From: a virus
Lineage: Duplodnaviria > Caudoviricetes
Virus record (IMG/VR): IMGVR_UViG_3300020045_003629
Span: 1-32,258 of that record
Reading direction: 5' to 3' (one strand)
DNA: 32,258 nucleotides
The notes beneath the pieces are model-generated. The model ran no database searches. It saw nothing but the letters and a program-made list of their open reading frames with translations, and had not been told where the DNA came from. The position numbers and the translations under genes are program-made. Below are positions 16,891 to 25,157 of the stretch, piece by piece; the first letter of the stretch is position 1; each line of letters starts with the position of its first letter.

Positions 16891-17304
16891 TTATTTATAT
16901 TTAATTATTAAATCCGTTAATTGTGAAAGGTAATCAGTCAAGCCTATACCCTTTTCGTGGGTGACCACTTTCTCGAAAAACAATAACCCGTTTCGCGAAA
17001 TAATGGTAGTCATCGTCTCGGTGTTCAGCTCGGCAAAATAGTCATAAGTCCGAAAGTTTATAATATCCCTACGACCAGCCTCAACGCTCATGTGCCAAGA
17101 GGCGTCGTCGAATAACAAGCCGATAGGCACGTTAAGCAATTCGGACAATTTGGCCACTTGTTCAGAGTTTAAAAAAGTCTCTCCTCTCGTAACGCGTCTC
17201 ACTGCGTGAGCCGGATCTACGTTATTCGGGAAAAGGTGAGCCCCGACATAAGAGGCCTTAAGGTTAGCAGTAATCATTATCTTTTTTAAGTCTAGCGTTT
17301 GCAT
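16891..17304 (-). CDS. XRE/Cro-like HTH regulator with C-terminal domain (start revised to ATG 17304)
   Basis: GETFLNSEQVAKLSELLNVPIGLLF resembles the end of an XRE fold; the track's TTG at 17355 is the -33 promoter box. Confidence 0.7.
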   Translation of the reverse strand: MQTLDLKKIMITANLKASYVGAHLFPNNVDPAHAVRRVTRGETFLNSEQVAKLSELLNVPIGLLFDDASWHMSVEAGRRDIINFRTYDYFAELNTETMTTIISRNGLLFFEKVVTHEKGIGLTDYLSQLTDLIIKYK

Positions 17305-17325
17305 ATCTGATTGTTTTAACTTTGA

Positions 17326-17356
17326 CAAATGTACAGCTTTTTTAATACTGTGCAAA
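17326..17356 (-). promoter_or_regulatory. Bacteroidota sigma70-type early promoter for the replication operon
   Basis: TTTG (17356-17353) - 19 nt - TACATTTG (17333-17326). Confidence 0.85.
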
Positions 17357-17396
17357 TTTTTAACGACAAAAATGTAAATATTTTAATTAATTTTTA

Positions 17397-17658
17397 TTGT
17401 TTACGCTGTGAGGTCTTGATTTTAAGGGGATTTTGGCTAATATGCTGAAAAACGTAAACAATAAACAATGTGCGCCCAAACTTCCCCACGGGTATAAATG
17501 CGTTTTACGTAATTCTATGTAGTCTTATTACTATATATTTATTATATTTAATATTTTAGGTATATTATTGTTTACTTAGAATATTAGAGGCTTACGCCTT
17601 ACACTTCAAGACTCGACGCGTAAACAATGCTTGTTGCTTTTGGTTTATCTTTGTTTAC
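17397..17658. repeat. Second iteron cluster / origin-like region B, homologous to 4100-4330
   Basis: TTGTTTAC at 17397, 17568, 17651; GTAAACAA at 17454, 17620; AT-rich core; GGCTTACGCCTT shared with region A. Confidence 0.8.
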
Positions 17659-17663
17659 TGCAT

Positions 17664-17689
17664 AAAAAAAAACGGCCCTAAAGCCGTTT
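17664..17689 (-). terminator. Intrinsic terminator after the lysis cassette
   Basis: Minus strand AAACGGC-TTTAGG-GCCGTTTTTTTTT. Confidence 0.85.
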
Positions 17690-17709
17690 ATGTTTTTTAA
17701 ATTGTTCGC

Positions 17710-17883
17710 CTATTTTTGCTTTTTAAGCAAATGCGCGAAGAGCCTAACGGCTAAACTCACAGGTACGAATTTAGCGATCAACCTTAATGCTACTCCGGCA
17801 TTAGTTGTTGCCTCTGATTCTGAATAAGCCGTTGCAGCTTTTTGCAAAGCGTCTGCCACGTCTGTTGGAATTGGTTTTTTCAT
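17710..17883 (-). CDS. Small amphipathic cationic lysis-cassette protein (57 aa), not in ORF track
   Basis: MKKPIPTDVADALQKAATAYSESEATTNAGVALRLIAKFVPVSLAVRLFAHLLKKQK*; TAATG overlap with the lysozyme stop. Confidence 0.8.
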   Translation of the reverse strand: MKKPIPTDVADALQKAATAYSESEATTNAGVALRLIAKFVPVSLAVRLFAHLLKKQK

Positions 17884-18311
17884 TATTTTTGTTTTAGATA
17901 TTTAAGTTCGTTCATTCGACGATTGCGGTTATCCATAAGCTTAAGTATTCGCTCTATTTCTGTAAAATCGTTAGGGTCTTTATTGAACTGTTTTACGATT
18001 AATTTACTCGGGCCATACCAACCAGTACCGTAGTTCCATGCAATACTAAATAACACGTTCCACTGTCTTCGAGTGAGCTCTTGCGTACTATTGGCGTTAA
18101 CATCATTCTCGAAGCGTACAGCCTCTTTATAAAATAGCTGTTCTGATTGGGCTTGTGTTATTGTATCGCCTTTTTTTACAGGAATGTTATTTACAGTCGT
18201 TGCCCCAGGCCCTATGGTCCATATACCCTCGGTGTCCATGTAGGCGGTAAGTTTTTCGCCCTCTATCGCAGGGGACCTAATGAGATCGTATGTGCTTTTG
18301 TCAGCTTTCAT
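17883..18311 (-). CDS. Endolysin, GH24 phage lysozyme
   Basis: E-x8-D-x5-T triad (EGEKLTAYMDTEGIWTIG), WNYG, C-terminal NRRMNE. Confidence 0.92.
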   Translation of the reverse strand: MKADKSTYDLIRSPAIEGEKLTAYMDTEGIWTIGPGATTVNNIPVKKGDTITQAQSEQLFYKEAVRFENDVNANSTQELTRRQWNVLFSIAWNYGTGWYGPSKLIVKQFNKDPNDFTEIERILKLMDNRNRRMNELKYLKQK

Positions 18312-18313
18312 AA

Positions 18314-18511
18314 TTAATAGTCTTTATCGGTTTTGTTTCTTTTCTCCATTATATACCAACGCCTTAGGGTGAAAGCCGATATAAGAACGAAACTAAAAAC
18401 TCGCGTAAATGAATCGTTATTTATTAAATTAACAAAGAAGTACCCCAAGCCTGCAAGGGACACTTTGAAATCAAGTAGGTTATTGTCCATATTCTTATAT
18501 TTGCCTTTCAT
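18314..18511 (-). CDS. Holin-like membrane protein (start may be ATG 18490)
   Basis: One to two hydrophobic segments, charged C-terminus, directly upstream of the endolysin. Confidence 0.65.
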   Translation of the reverse strand: MKGKYKNMDNNLLDFKVSLAGLGYFFVNLINNDSFTRVFSFVLISAFTLRRWYIMEKRNKTDKDY

Positions 18512-18522
18512 GGCGTTAGGAT

Positions 18523-18720
18523 TTAGGGTTTGTTCTTATCTCTATCGTTTGCGCTCTTGCTGTCCCCGAAAAAATAGCTTACAGGCTGACCTATTACGCC
18601 TATCAGAAAACCTATGATTATCTGTTCCAAATGCACAAACACCAAAGCCGTGCCCCCGAAAACTATTATAATTAAAGCTAAGATAGATTTTACATTGTAC
18701 TCTTTAAATTGTGGCATCAT
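18523..18720 (-). CDS. Holin-like two-TM protein
   Basis: Two TM helices followed by SYFFGDS and a charged tail. Confidence 0.7.
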   Translation of the reverse strand: MMPQFKEYNVKSILALIIIVFGGTALVFVHLEQIIIGFLIGVIGQPVSYFFGDSKSANDRDKNKP

Positions 18721-18747
18721 ATTTGTGTTTGTTAATTAATTAATTAA

Positions 18748-21675
18748 TTATTCAGCTGTAGAGTATTGAATAGTTACGGTGCCACTTGTAGCGCCTGTAA
18801 CTCCAGTAGTCCTATAGCTAACTAAAAATGAGCTATTGTTTGTAGTGTCAAAAGAGGCTCTTATTGGCTTTTCTCCTGTTGTGCCGTTATCAATTACAAC
18901 CCCGCTGCCTATCGCTATTTTAGCCGTTGAACTGGTTCTATTCACTGGTAAAGTGATTCTAAAAGATGTAGCAGCATTTGCGGAAGTTTCAGTTAAATTA
19001 AACCTAACAGTCAACGTAATTATATTCCCAAAGTTAGTGTAATAACTTGTTTGTCCAGATAGCGAAGAAGTGTTTGCTATATTTGTAACGGCCGGCGTGT
19101 AGCTCCCAGATGTTAAATTAGCGGCCGTTATGTTTCCCGAAAATGTAGCATTTCCATTTCTAAAAATATCTAATAAATTAGTCCCAAACCTTGAAAATCT
19201 AAAAGCTACAGTTGTTAATGTAGAAAAATCAGTGTTATCGTTCTCTCTTACGTTAAATATCATATCTGGACTAGCATTCGCATCATTTGCAGCGGATATA
19301 AAGGTAAGTCCTGTGGAGTCATTGGACTTACCAACTAATGTAGGGATCCCAAGACTACTACTTCCGTTCCCGAAATCGAAAGACCCATTAAATTGACTGG
19401 GGATATTTAAAGTCGCTGTAAATCCAGTGTTTACACTTAATTTTTTAATAACACTTAACGGTTGCTCATTTGTGTCTGTAAATCCAATAGGCGGGGACCC
19501 TGTCCACTCAGTAGAAGAGAATAGGCAACTAGAAATACCAGTAAAAACACTCGGGGTCGTAGTAAATTTGCAATTTTTAAAGTTTGTGTTTGTGCTTGTC
19601 GTTATAGATATATTTGTAGACCTAATATTACAATTTAAAAACTGGGTGTTGTCCGATCCACTTATATATATATCATTGTTCAATATCTGAACTCCATTAA
19701 ATAATGGTCCGTCCCCAAGATTCACTACATCTACACCTTTGTCTATATTATGATTAATACTACCCCCTGAAATTGTAGAGTGGCCAGGATTCACTCCTGT
19801 CGTGTAGTACATTCCAGTTCTATTTCTCTCAAAAGTAGAATTAGAAAAAGGATTATTTCCACCTATATCATATACACCATACTCTCCCCCATAAGCTTTA
19901 ACATTTGAGAATGAATTATACTCCCCTCTTTCAGCTAAAAAATATCCTATATAGCAAAGCTCTGCGTAGCAATTAGAAATAATTGCATTACCTTCATTAT
20001 TTACGTTTTTGTTAGATGCTATTTTTACTCCAACCCCACCCAGATTATAAAAAGACACGTTTGAAATTCTTATGTTTTTATAAACGGTTACATCTACAAC
20101 ACCTTCAAGATTAACGCCTATTTGCAAAGGTCTTGTGGTAACATAATTAGTTACGGACCCCCTACCGTTACCTTCAAACCTGATGCCTTCTACAACTACG
20201 TCATTAGCTTTTATGTCAAAAATAGGCAGATTAGATGTAGTGCTTATCCTCCCGTTACCAATGATAGTAGTTTTATTAGATATAGTAATTGTCCCGGATG
20301 TATAATAATTACCATTAAGTAATACCATTTTACCTGAATTTATAGCGTTTTGAATGGGCGTTTTATCGTCAGAAATACCGTCGCTGGCGGCTCCAAATTC
20401 TTCTGGAGTTGTATATGTCGATTTTGAATTTAAAGAATTTAGAGCGGCTGTAGCAGTAGACCCTGGAGCATTAGAAAGATTCTGAATAGCTGTCGTGTTT
20501 AAATCGGTTACGTTGGCGGGCGTATACCCTATCGCTGCTACCACATTAGCGTAAGTCAGCGCTACCGACCCATTCCCAACGATATTACCGAATTTGTCTA
20601 CGGGCACGAATTGAGCTGTTCCACCAGCGACCGCACTAGCTAGATTAGTCGTGCCTTGCTGGACTATCAAATAACAACGAAAAACGGCATTATCGGCGAT
20701 GTTTTGTTCGGTTACGAACGGTTGTGTAGGTAACGCTGTAACTGCATCGTTGAAACTATTGTAAATCGTTTGCCCTGGTTGTATTCTTGAAATGCCCGAT
20801 TGAAATAAATTGATACGCTGTATCGTCCATTTATTGGATGGTGTGGCCGTTGAAGTTCCGCCAACATCATAAATGTTTGGGTTAATATTTTGCGTATCGG
20901 CTAATTGATCCCCGTTTTGAAATCTGTACGCAAAAGTTAAAGCGGTTTGTGCGCCTATCGTTAATTTATGCGGTTGAGTGTAATCTGATGCATTAATACC
21001 CATCCCCCAGATGTCGCCTAATGATTTGTTAATTTGTAAATTCGCACCGTTGGCCGAATAAATATTCCCGCTTTCATTCAGAAAGCCAATGGCTTTCATA
21101 AAATCATGCAGTTGATTTCCTATTGCAACTATCGGGGCTTTGATCTCATTTGTAACATTTATCGTCGAGTTGTTCGAGTGTACGACGTTCCCAACAATAG
21201 CCAAAGTTCGCCTTTGTGCGTCCGAGAATGGCGAGGCGCTCGGAACCACGTTGCCGTTAATGTCTAGCGCTATGTAGGTGCTGTTTGCGCTCGCTAGATA
21301 GGCGGGAGTAAGCCCTGTTGCCCCTGGGTAGGTTATAATTTTCACAACTGGTTGGGCTAAGTTGGTAAAATCCGTAACAACGTAGTAGCCCGGCGCAATA
21401 TTATACTTTGTCGGATCTACATTTATTGAAAGTTGTAGCCCTTGCAAAAAGCCTGTTGGTAGATTTAATTTTTTATTCAAAGAATCTCTTACGGGGTATG
21501 AGACGGGTAAATCAGACATGAATCGCCAGTTAACCTCATCGGTTGAACTCTGCACGTTTACTTTTATAGCCGTCGCGTCTTGCGCGTTTTCGGTTATTTT
21601 CAGCTTTTCTGTTTCTTGTTGCCCGTAAATAGTAGAGGCAAAAAGCGCTAATAGTATTAAGATTGTTTTTTTCAT
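18748..21675 (-). CDS. Tailspike/depolymerase-like protein with pectate-lyase-type beta-helix and N-terminal Sec signal peptide (start revised to ATG 21675)
   Basis: TPEEFGAASDGISDDKTPIQNAINSG pectate_lyase_3-type entry motif followed by Asn/Gly/Ile-rich beta-helix rungs; MKKTILILLALFASTIYG-Q N-terminus; the track start at 21768 overlaps the upstream gene. Confidence 0.85.
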   Translation of the reverse strand: MKKTILILLALFASTIYGQQETEKLKITENAQDATAIKVNVQSSTDEVNWRFMSDLPVSYPVRDSLNKKLNLPTGFLQGLQLSINVDPTKYNIAPGYYVVTDFTNLAQPVVKIITYPGATGLTPAYLASANSTYIALDINGNVVPSASPFSDAQRRTLAIVGNVVHSNNSTINVTNEIKAPIVAIGNQLHDFMKAIGFLNESGNIYSANGANLQINKSLGDIWGMGINASDYTQPHKLTIGAQTALTFAYRFQNGDQLADTQNINPNIYDVGGTSTATPSNKWTIQRINLFQSGISRIQPGQTIYNSFNDAVTALPTQPFVTEQNIADNAVFRCYLIVQQGTTNLASAVAGGTAQFVPVDKFGNIVGNGSVALTYANVVAAIGYTPANVTDLNTTAIQNLSNAPGSTATAALNSLNSKSTYTTPEEFGAASDGISDDKTPIQNAINSGKMVLLNGNYYTSGTITISNKTTIIGNGRISTTSNLPIFDIKANDVVVEGIRFEGNGRGSVTNYVTTRPLQIGVNLEGVVDVTVYKNIRISNVSFYNLGGVGVKIASNKNVNNEGNAIISNCYAELCYIGYFLAERGEYNSFSNVKAYGGEYGVYDIGGNNPFSNSTFERNRTGMYYTTGVNPGHSTISGGSINHNIDKGVDVVNLGDGPLFNGVQILNNDIYISGSDNTQFLNCNIRSTNISITTSTNTNFKNCKFTTTPSVFTGISSCLFSSTEWTGSPPIGFTDTNEQPLSVIKKLSVNTGFTATLNIPSQFNGSFDFGNGSSSLGIPTLVGKSNDSTGLTFISAANDANASPDMIFNVRENDNTDFSTLTTVAFRFSRFGTNLLDIFRNGNATFSGNITAANLTSGSYTPAVTNIANTSSLSGQTSYYTNFGNIITLTVRFNLTETSANAATSFRITLPVNRTSSTAKIAIGSGVVIDNGTTGEKPIRASFDTTNNSSFLVSYRTTGVTGATSGTVTIQYSTAE

Positions 21676-21689
21676 TTTATGGATTTTTT

Positions 21690-22226
21690 TTAAGGTGTAA
21701 CGTAAATTTTTCTGCCTGCGGCTAGTACCACCCCTATTATCTCGATCTCGTCCCCCGATTGTTCCCATTCGGTACCTACGTAACGCATCCCTCTGTCGAG
21801 ATAGAGATTCTGCACTTTCATACCCGATTGGGTCAGGGAGAAGAGATTGGATGCCCCCGTAGAGATGAAAAGCTCAGGCTCGAAGCTGTCAACTATTCTC
21901 GTATAATTAGCTTTATCTAGCGGATCCCCGCCGTTATATATGGCGTTATCCCAAATTATGCCCGAGGCGTAATAGCCGTGAACTATATCTCCGACCTCTA
22001 ATACCGCAGGGTTTAAATTCCCCTCGCCTTTAAATTTTAAAGCGAACAGGGGGAACAGTGGTACGCCTACGGCGTTAACCGCATCGACGAGCTCGTTAAG
22101 CTTAGCTCTTATATTATTTGTCTCATCGGCCGATAGCTTGTTATAAAGCTGAATAGTCGCCCCGAGTAATCGCTCTTTAAGCCCCCCGCTTCCGGGTTTA
22201 CTGTCTATAAATTCGTAATGGTCCAT
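21690..22226 (-). CDS. Hypothetical virion-associated protein
   Basis: 178 aa between the head-tail gene and the tailspike. Confidence 0.7.
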   Translation of the reverse strand: MDHYEFIDSKPGSGGLKERLLGATIQLYNKLSADETNNIRAKLNELVDAVNAVGVPLFPLFALKFKGEGNLNPAVLEVGDIVHGYYASGIIWDNAIYNGGDPLDKANYTRIVDSFEPELFISTGASNLFSLTQSGMKVQNLYLDRGMRYVGTEWEQSGDEIEIIGVVLAAGRKIYVTP

Positions 22227-22230
22227 AAAC

Positions 22231-22686
22231 TTAGATTTTATCGATTTGGAAAGACGAGTAAGGGGCGTAAGTGTTGGCGGGCTTTTCGCTTGCGGTCTGT
22301 AAAATCTTTTTAGCTTCTAAAAATTGAATTTCGATAGCGTTATTTAATTTTAGCAAAGCAGTGTTTTTAACTTGTGCCGTAGGACTTGACCAATTAGGCT
22401 GATTTATGGCTTTAAGTCCCGCATTTGTGTGTACGTAGGTCTCTTCGCAAAGTTGCCCCGCTATGCACATAGCAACGAAAAGCCTAAATCCTAAAAAGTT
22501 TGCACTATTCTGATTTGTTATAACCCCCGAAAAAATACGCGTTGCTATATCCATACCGAACATTTGCATAAAAATCACATTTTGTACGTTAGCCATAAAC
22601 TCGTCAATCTTAGCTTGCGATAGTGACGCCGTTACGGGGTAGAACTTTTTAATTTCGGCGACCGTTATGTTTTCAATTGATGCCAT
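22231..22686 (-). CDS. Putative head-tail connector/adaptor
   Basis: 151 aa, helical, immediately downstream of the portal; position-based. Confidence 0.6.
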   Translation of the reverse strand: MASIENITVAEIKKFYPVTASLSQAKIDEFMANVQNVIFMQMFGMDIATRIFSGVITNQNSANFLGFRLFVAMCIAGQLCEETYVHTNAGLKAINQPNWSSPTAQVKNTALLKLNNAIEIQFLEAKKILQTASEKPANTYAPYSSFQIDKI

Positions 22687-22689
22687 GAT

Positions 22690-23964
22690 TTAAGAATTAG
22701 GGTTAAGGGGCTGCGCTGGGGCAGGCTCTATAATCGGCTGGCCTAAAAGTCTGACTGCTTCGGAGTTATTGTACCCAAAAACTAGCTCAATCATAGCAAC
22801 TGCACTATCGTACGTCGTTAATTTCTGAGAGTAAGACGTTTGGATACTTAAAAGCGCCTGTACGCCTCCTACGCTTCCGCGTAACTGCGCTTGCGCGTCT
22901 AAAGTGGCTTGATCGACCGTTAAGTCCTCCTCTTGTTGGGCGTCTTCGGCTGGATCTATGTTCTGAATCAGCACGCCTATCTCTAAAAAAGCCGCTTCAA
23001 TTTTAGCCGCTTCAAACTCGCAAGTTTTTGACCAAAAATCAATGGCGGTTTGATAGGCGTCCCCGCTATTACCAAAAAGCCCCTCGCTAGGACTAGAGAG
23101 AATCTGAGGAAAGCAGTAAGCTGCAGTACAGATCTTTTTACCCGCTTTATCATCGACGTTATTAAACTTGTCTAGCTCAATATCGTTACCAATTGGCACT
23201 TTTACAAATACCTCGTCGAGTTTTTTTTCGGTGTTTACAGTAAGGACGTGATTTGTCCCACTATTTTTTACTGCTTTGGCTTGACGTAAAGCTGAGATAA
23301 CTTTATCGGTATTCGAGATCACTTTAGGCTGACCCTCTCCACCCTCACCCTCCGAGCTTTCCGAGTCCTTAGCCATTACGAAAATGTTATTACCAAAAAG
23401 AGCATTATCAGCGCTCGCCGTTATAAAAGTAGGCGTGTCGGCTTCAATTTCCATCCATTTAAACACTGGGTAGAACACACTATACTCGTAATTAGCCGTC
23501 GTCGTGTTGTATTGGTATATCTGCCCTGTAAATTTTTCGAATCCGCCCGCTTTCTCTATTTGAGCGGCGACAATTTTTTTATCTTTATTGAAAGCTGGGA
23601 AAACTGCGTTAGTGTTCACGTTTAGATATTGCGAGGCTCTCCCTAGATCGTCTTTACATTTTACACGGTAATTTTTAGACAATCTAAAGTGTGCCGCTTT
23701 CACGTTGCAATCTATATCGTACTCAATCCAAAGAGTAAAATAGCCATAGTGTATTTTCTCGTGCTTAACTTTATCGAAAGTCGTAAGATATGCGGGTTTT
23801 ATGTTAGGTAGCCCGCAATATTTTTTGAACATCAACACAGCCATAGAGGCAGTGGGGCTGTTCATAATTGCGTGATCCATTTCCTTAAAATAGTCACCCT
23901 TTTCGATAAGCTTTACAAACTCTTTTTTCTCCTTTACAGGCTTGTTTATCTTTACTATTTGCAT
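22690..23964 (-). CDS. Putative portal protein
   Basis: 424 aa; NSPTAS near the N-terminus, KICTAAYCFPQILS..GLFGNSG region resembling portal signatures; position in the head module. Confidence 0.75.
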   Translation of the reverse strand: MQIVKINKPVKEKKEFVKLIEKGDYFKEMDHAIMNSPTASMAVLMFKKYCGLPNIKPAYLTTFDKVKHEKIHYGYFTLWIEYDIDCNVKAAHFRLSKNYRVKCKDDLGRASQYLNVNTNAVFPAFNKDKKIVAAQIEKAGGFEKFTGQIYQYNTTTANYEYSVFYPVFKWMEIEADTPTFITASADNALFGNNIFVMAKDSESSEGEGGEGQPKVISNTDKVISALRQAKAVKNSGTNHVLTVNTEKKLDEVFVKVPIGNDIELDKFNNVDDKAGKKICTAAYCFPQILSSPSEGLFGNSGDAYQTAIDFWSKTCEFEAAKIEAAFLEIGVLIQNIDPAEDAQQEEDLTVDQATLDAQAQLRGSVGGVQALLSIQTSYSQKLTTYDSAVAMIELVFGYNNSEAVRLLGQPIIEPAPAQPLNPNS

Positions 23965-23976
23965 AATGTTAGGTTT

Positions 23977-24006
23977 AAAAAAAGCCTATTTATGAGATAG
24001 GCTTTT
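23977..24006 (-). terminator. Intra-operon intrinsic terminator upstream of the portal
   Basis: Minus strand AAAAGCCTAT-CTCATAA-ATAGGCTTTTTTT. Confidence 0.85.
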
Positions 24007-24029
24007 CAGTTTTCAAAGAGATAAATCTG

Positions 24030-24524
24030 TTATTCTAAATCGTCGGCTTTAGCTGCTGCTTCCGCTTCCGCTGCTGCTTCCGCTTCCGCTGCTGCCTCTG
24101 CTTCCGCTTTAGCTGCTGCCTCTGCTTCCGCTTTAGCTGCTTTTTTGCTCGCTGAGGCTAACGCTGCGCCAACTAAAGGGGCTTTCTTTGTCTCTCCTAG
24201 GATTTTTTTAATTTTATCCTGCTGGATATCTGAGAATCTATCAGGCGCTACGGCGTAAACCTGTAGGGCTTGTTCTAGCTTCTCTTTTATTTGCGCTTCT
24301 GAGTCTTTTGGTTGGATCGGATAAAGGATCCCGCCCTCACCATTTTCTTTTTTATAAAGAACGGCTCCGCGCCTTAACGTGTATAGTGTTTTTTTTGACA
24401 TGAGTAAGTAATTTTTGTAGAGTGTACCAACGTCCTTTGATTTACCGCAGGACGCACACCCTTGTTCCTGTTCTATCCATCGCCGCGCCCCTAAAGGCAG
24501 AGCGTTAAACTCTTCGGCTGTCAT
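24030..24524 (-). CDS. Hypothetical protein with CxxC and an Ala/Glu-rich repeat tail
   Basis: GCASCG; (AEAEAAA/K)n C-terminus. Confidence 0.8.
   Translation of the reverse strand: MTAEEFNALPLGARRWIEQEQGCASCGKSKDVGTLYKNYLLMSKKTLYTLRRGAVLYKKENGEGGILYPIQPKDSEAQIKEKLEQALQVYAVAPDRFSDIQQDKIKKILGETKKAPLVGAALASASKKAAKAEAEAAAKAEAEAAAEAEAAAEAEAAAKADDLE
24046..24140. repeat. 18/24-bp coding repeats (AEAEAA / KAEAEAAA)
   Basis: GCTGCTGCTTCCGCTTCC-type units in tandem. Confidence 0.9.
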
Positions 24525-24525
24525 G

Positions 24526-25137
24526 CTATATTACAACTACTTCCAGGCGGTTATTGAACTGCGCTAACGTAGTAGCGTAGTCAGTATCTAACCAGTTCAC
24601 CCCGTTTGGTGTTGCCTCCTCCCCGCCTGCAATGCTGGTGAAGTTCCCCGCTACGCGGTTACCGAACTCTACCGCTGTCGGAACAGGTAAGAACTTCAAG
24701 CCATTAGTAACGCCGTAGATGTGGAACGCCGAGGCGTCGGCTACTGCGCCCTTAACTGGCCCAACTAATGCCCAAAGGTTAGAGTTTAGCGCCTTAACAT
24801 TTGCCTTCCCTAACGCTGTTTCAGAGTCTGAGATCACTAAAGGCCCTACTGTCTGAATGTAAGAGTCCGAAACGCTTGTCCCCTCGGTAACTTCATAATT
24901 TTGAAGCACGGAGTTATATAGCCACTCCATATTAACAGGGTAGTAGGCCGAGGCAGGCAAAGGGTAAACCCCTGTAGCTGGATCGATAACCTCAACGGCT
25001 GTTATTAAGTACGGATTCGCAGGATCTCTGGTCACACTTAAAGCCTCTAGCCTCACCGCTACGAGCGAGGCTTTAAGGTTCAAAGGTGTAGAGTCGCAGG
25101 CCTTGTCAATGTCTTTTGGTTTTCCGCAAAATGCCAT
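24526..25137 (-). CDS. Major structural protein, probably tail tube
   Basis: 203 aa, acidic, beta-rich, MAFC..C N-terminus, directly after the capsid gene as in other Bacteroidota siphoviruses; could instead be a head decoration protein. Confidence 0.55.
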   Translation of the reverse strand: MAFCGKPKDIDKACDSTPLNLKASLVAVRLEALSVTRDPANPYLITAVEVIDPATGVYPLPASAYYPVNMEWLYNSVLQNYEVTEGTSVSDSYIQTVGPLVISDSETALGKANVKALNSNLWALVGPVKGAVADASAFHIYGVTNGLKFLPVPTAVEFGNRVAGNFTSIAGGEEATPNGVNWLDTDYATTLAQFNNRLEVVVI

Positions 25138-25157
25138 AGTATTTTATGAATTAAAGA

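Noticed and set aside
21676-21768. Track start extensions for tailspike (21768), HTH (17355), VRR-NUC (9948) and TerS (3985)
   Set aside because: The extensions overlap upstream genes or promoter boxes; downstream ATGs fit coupling and leaders better
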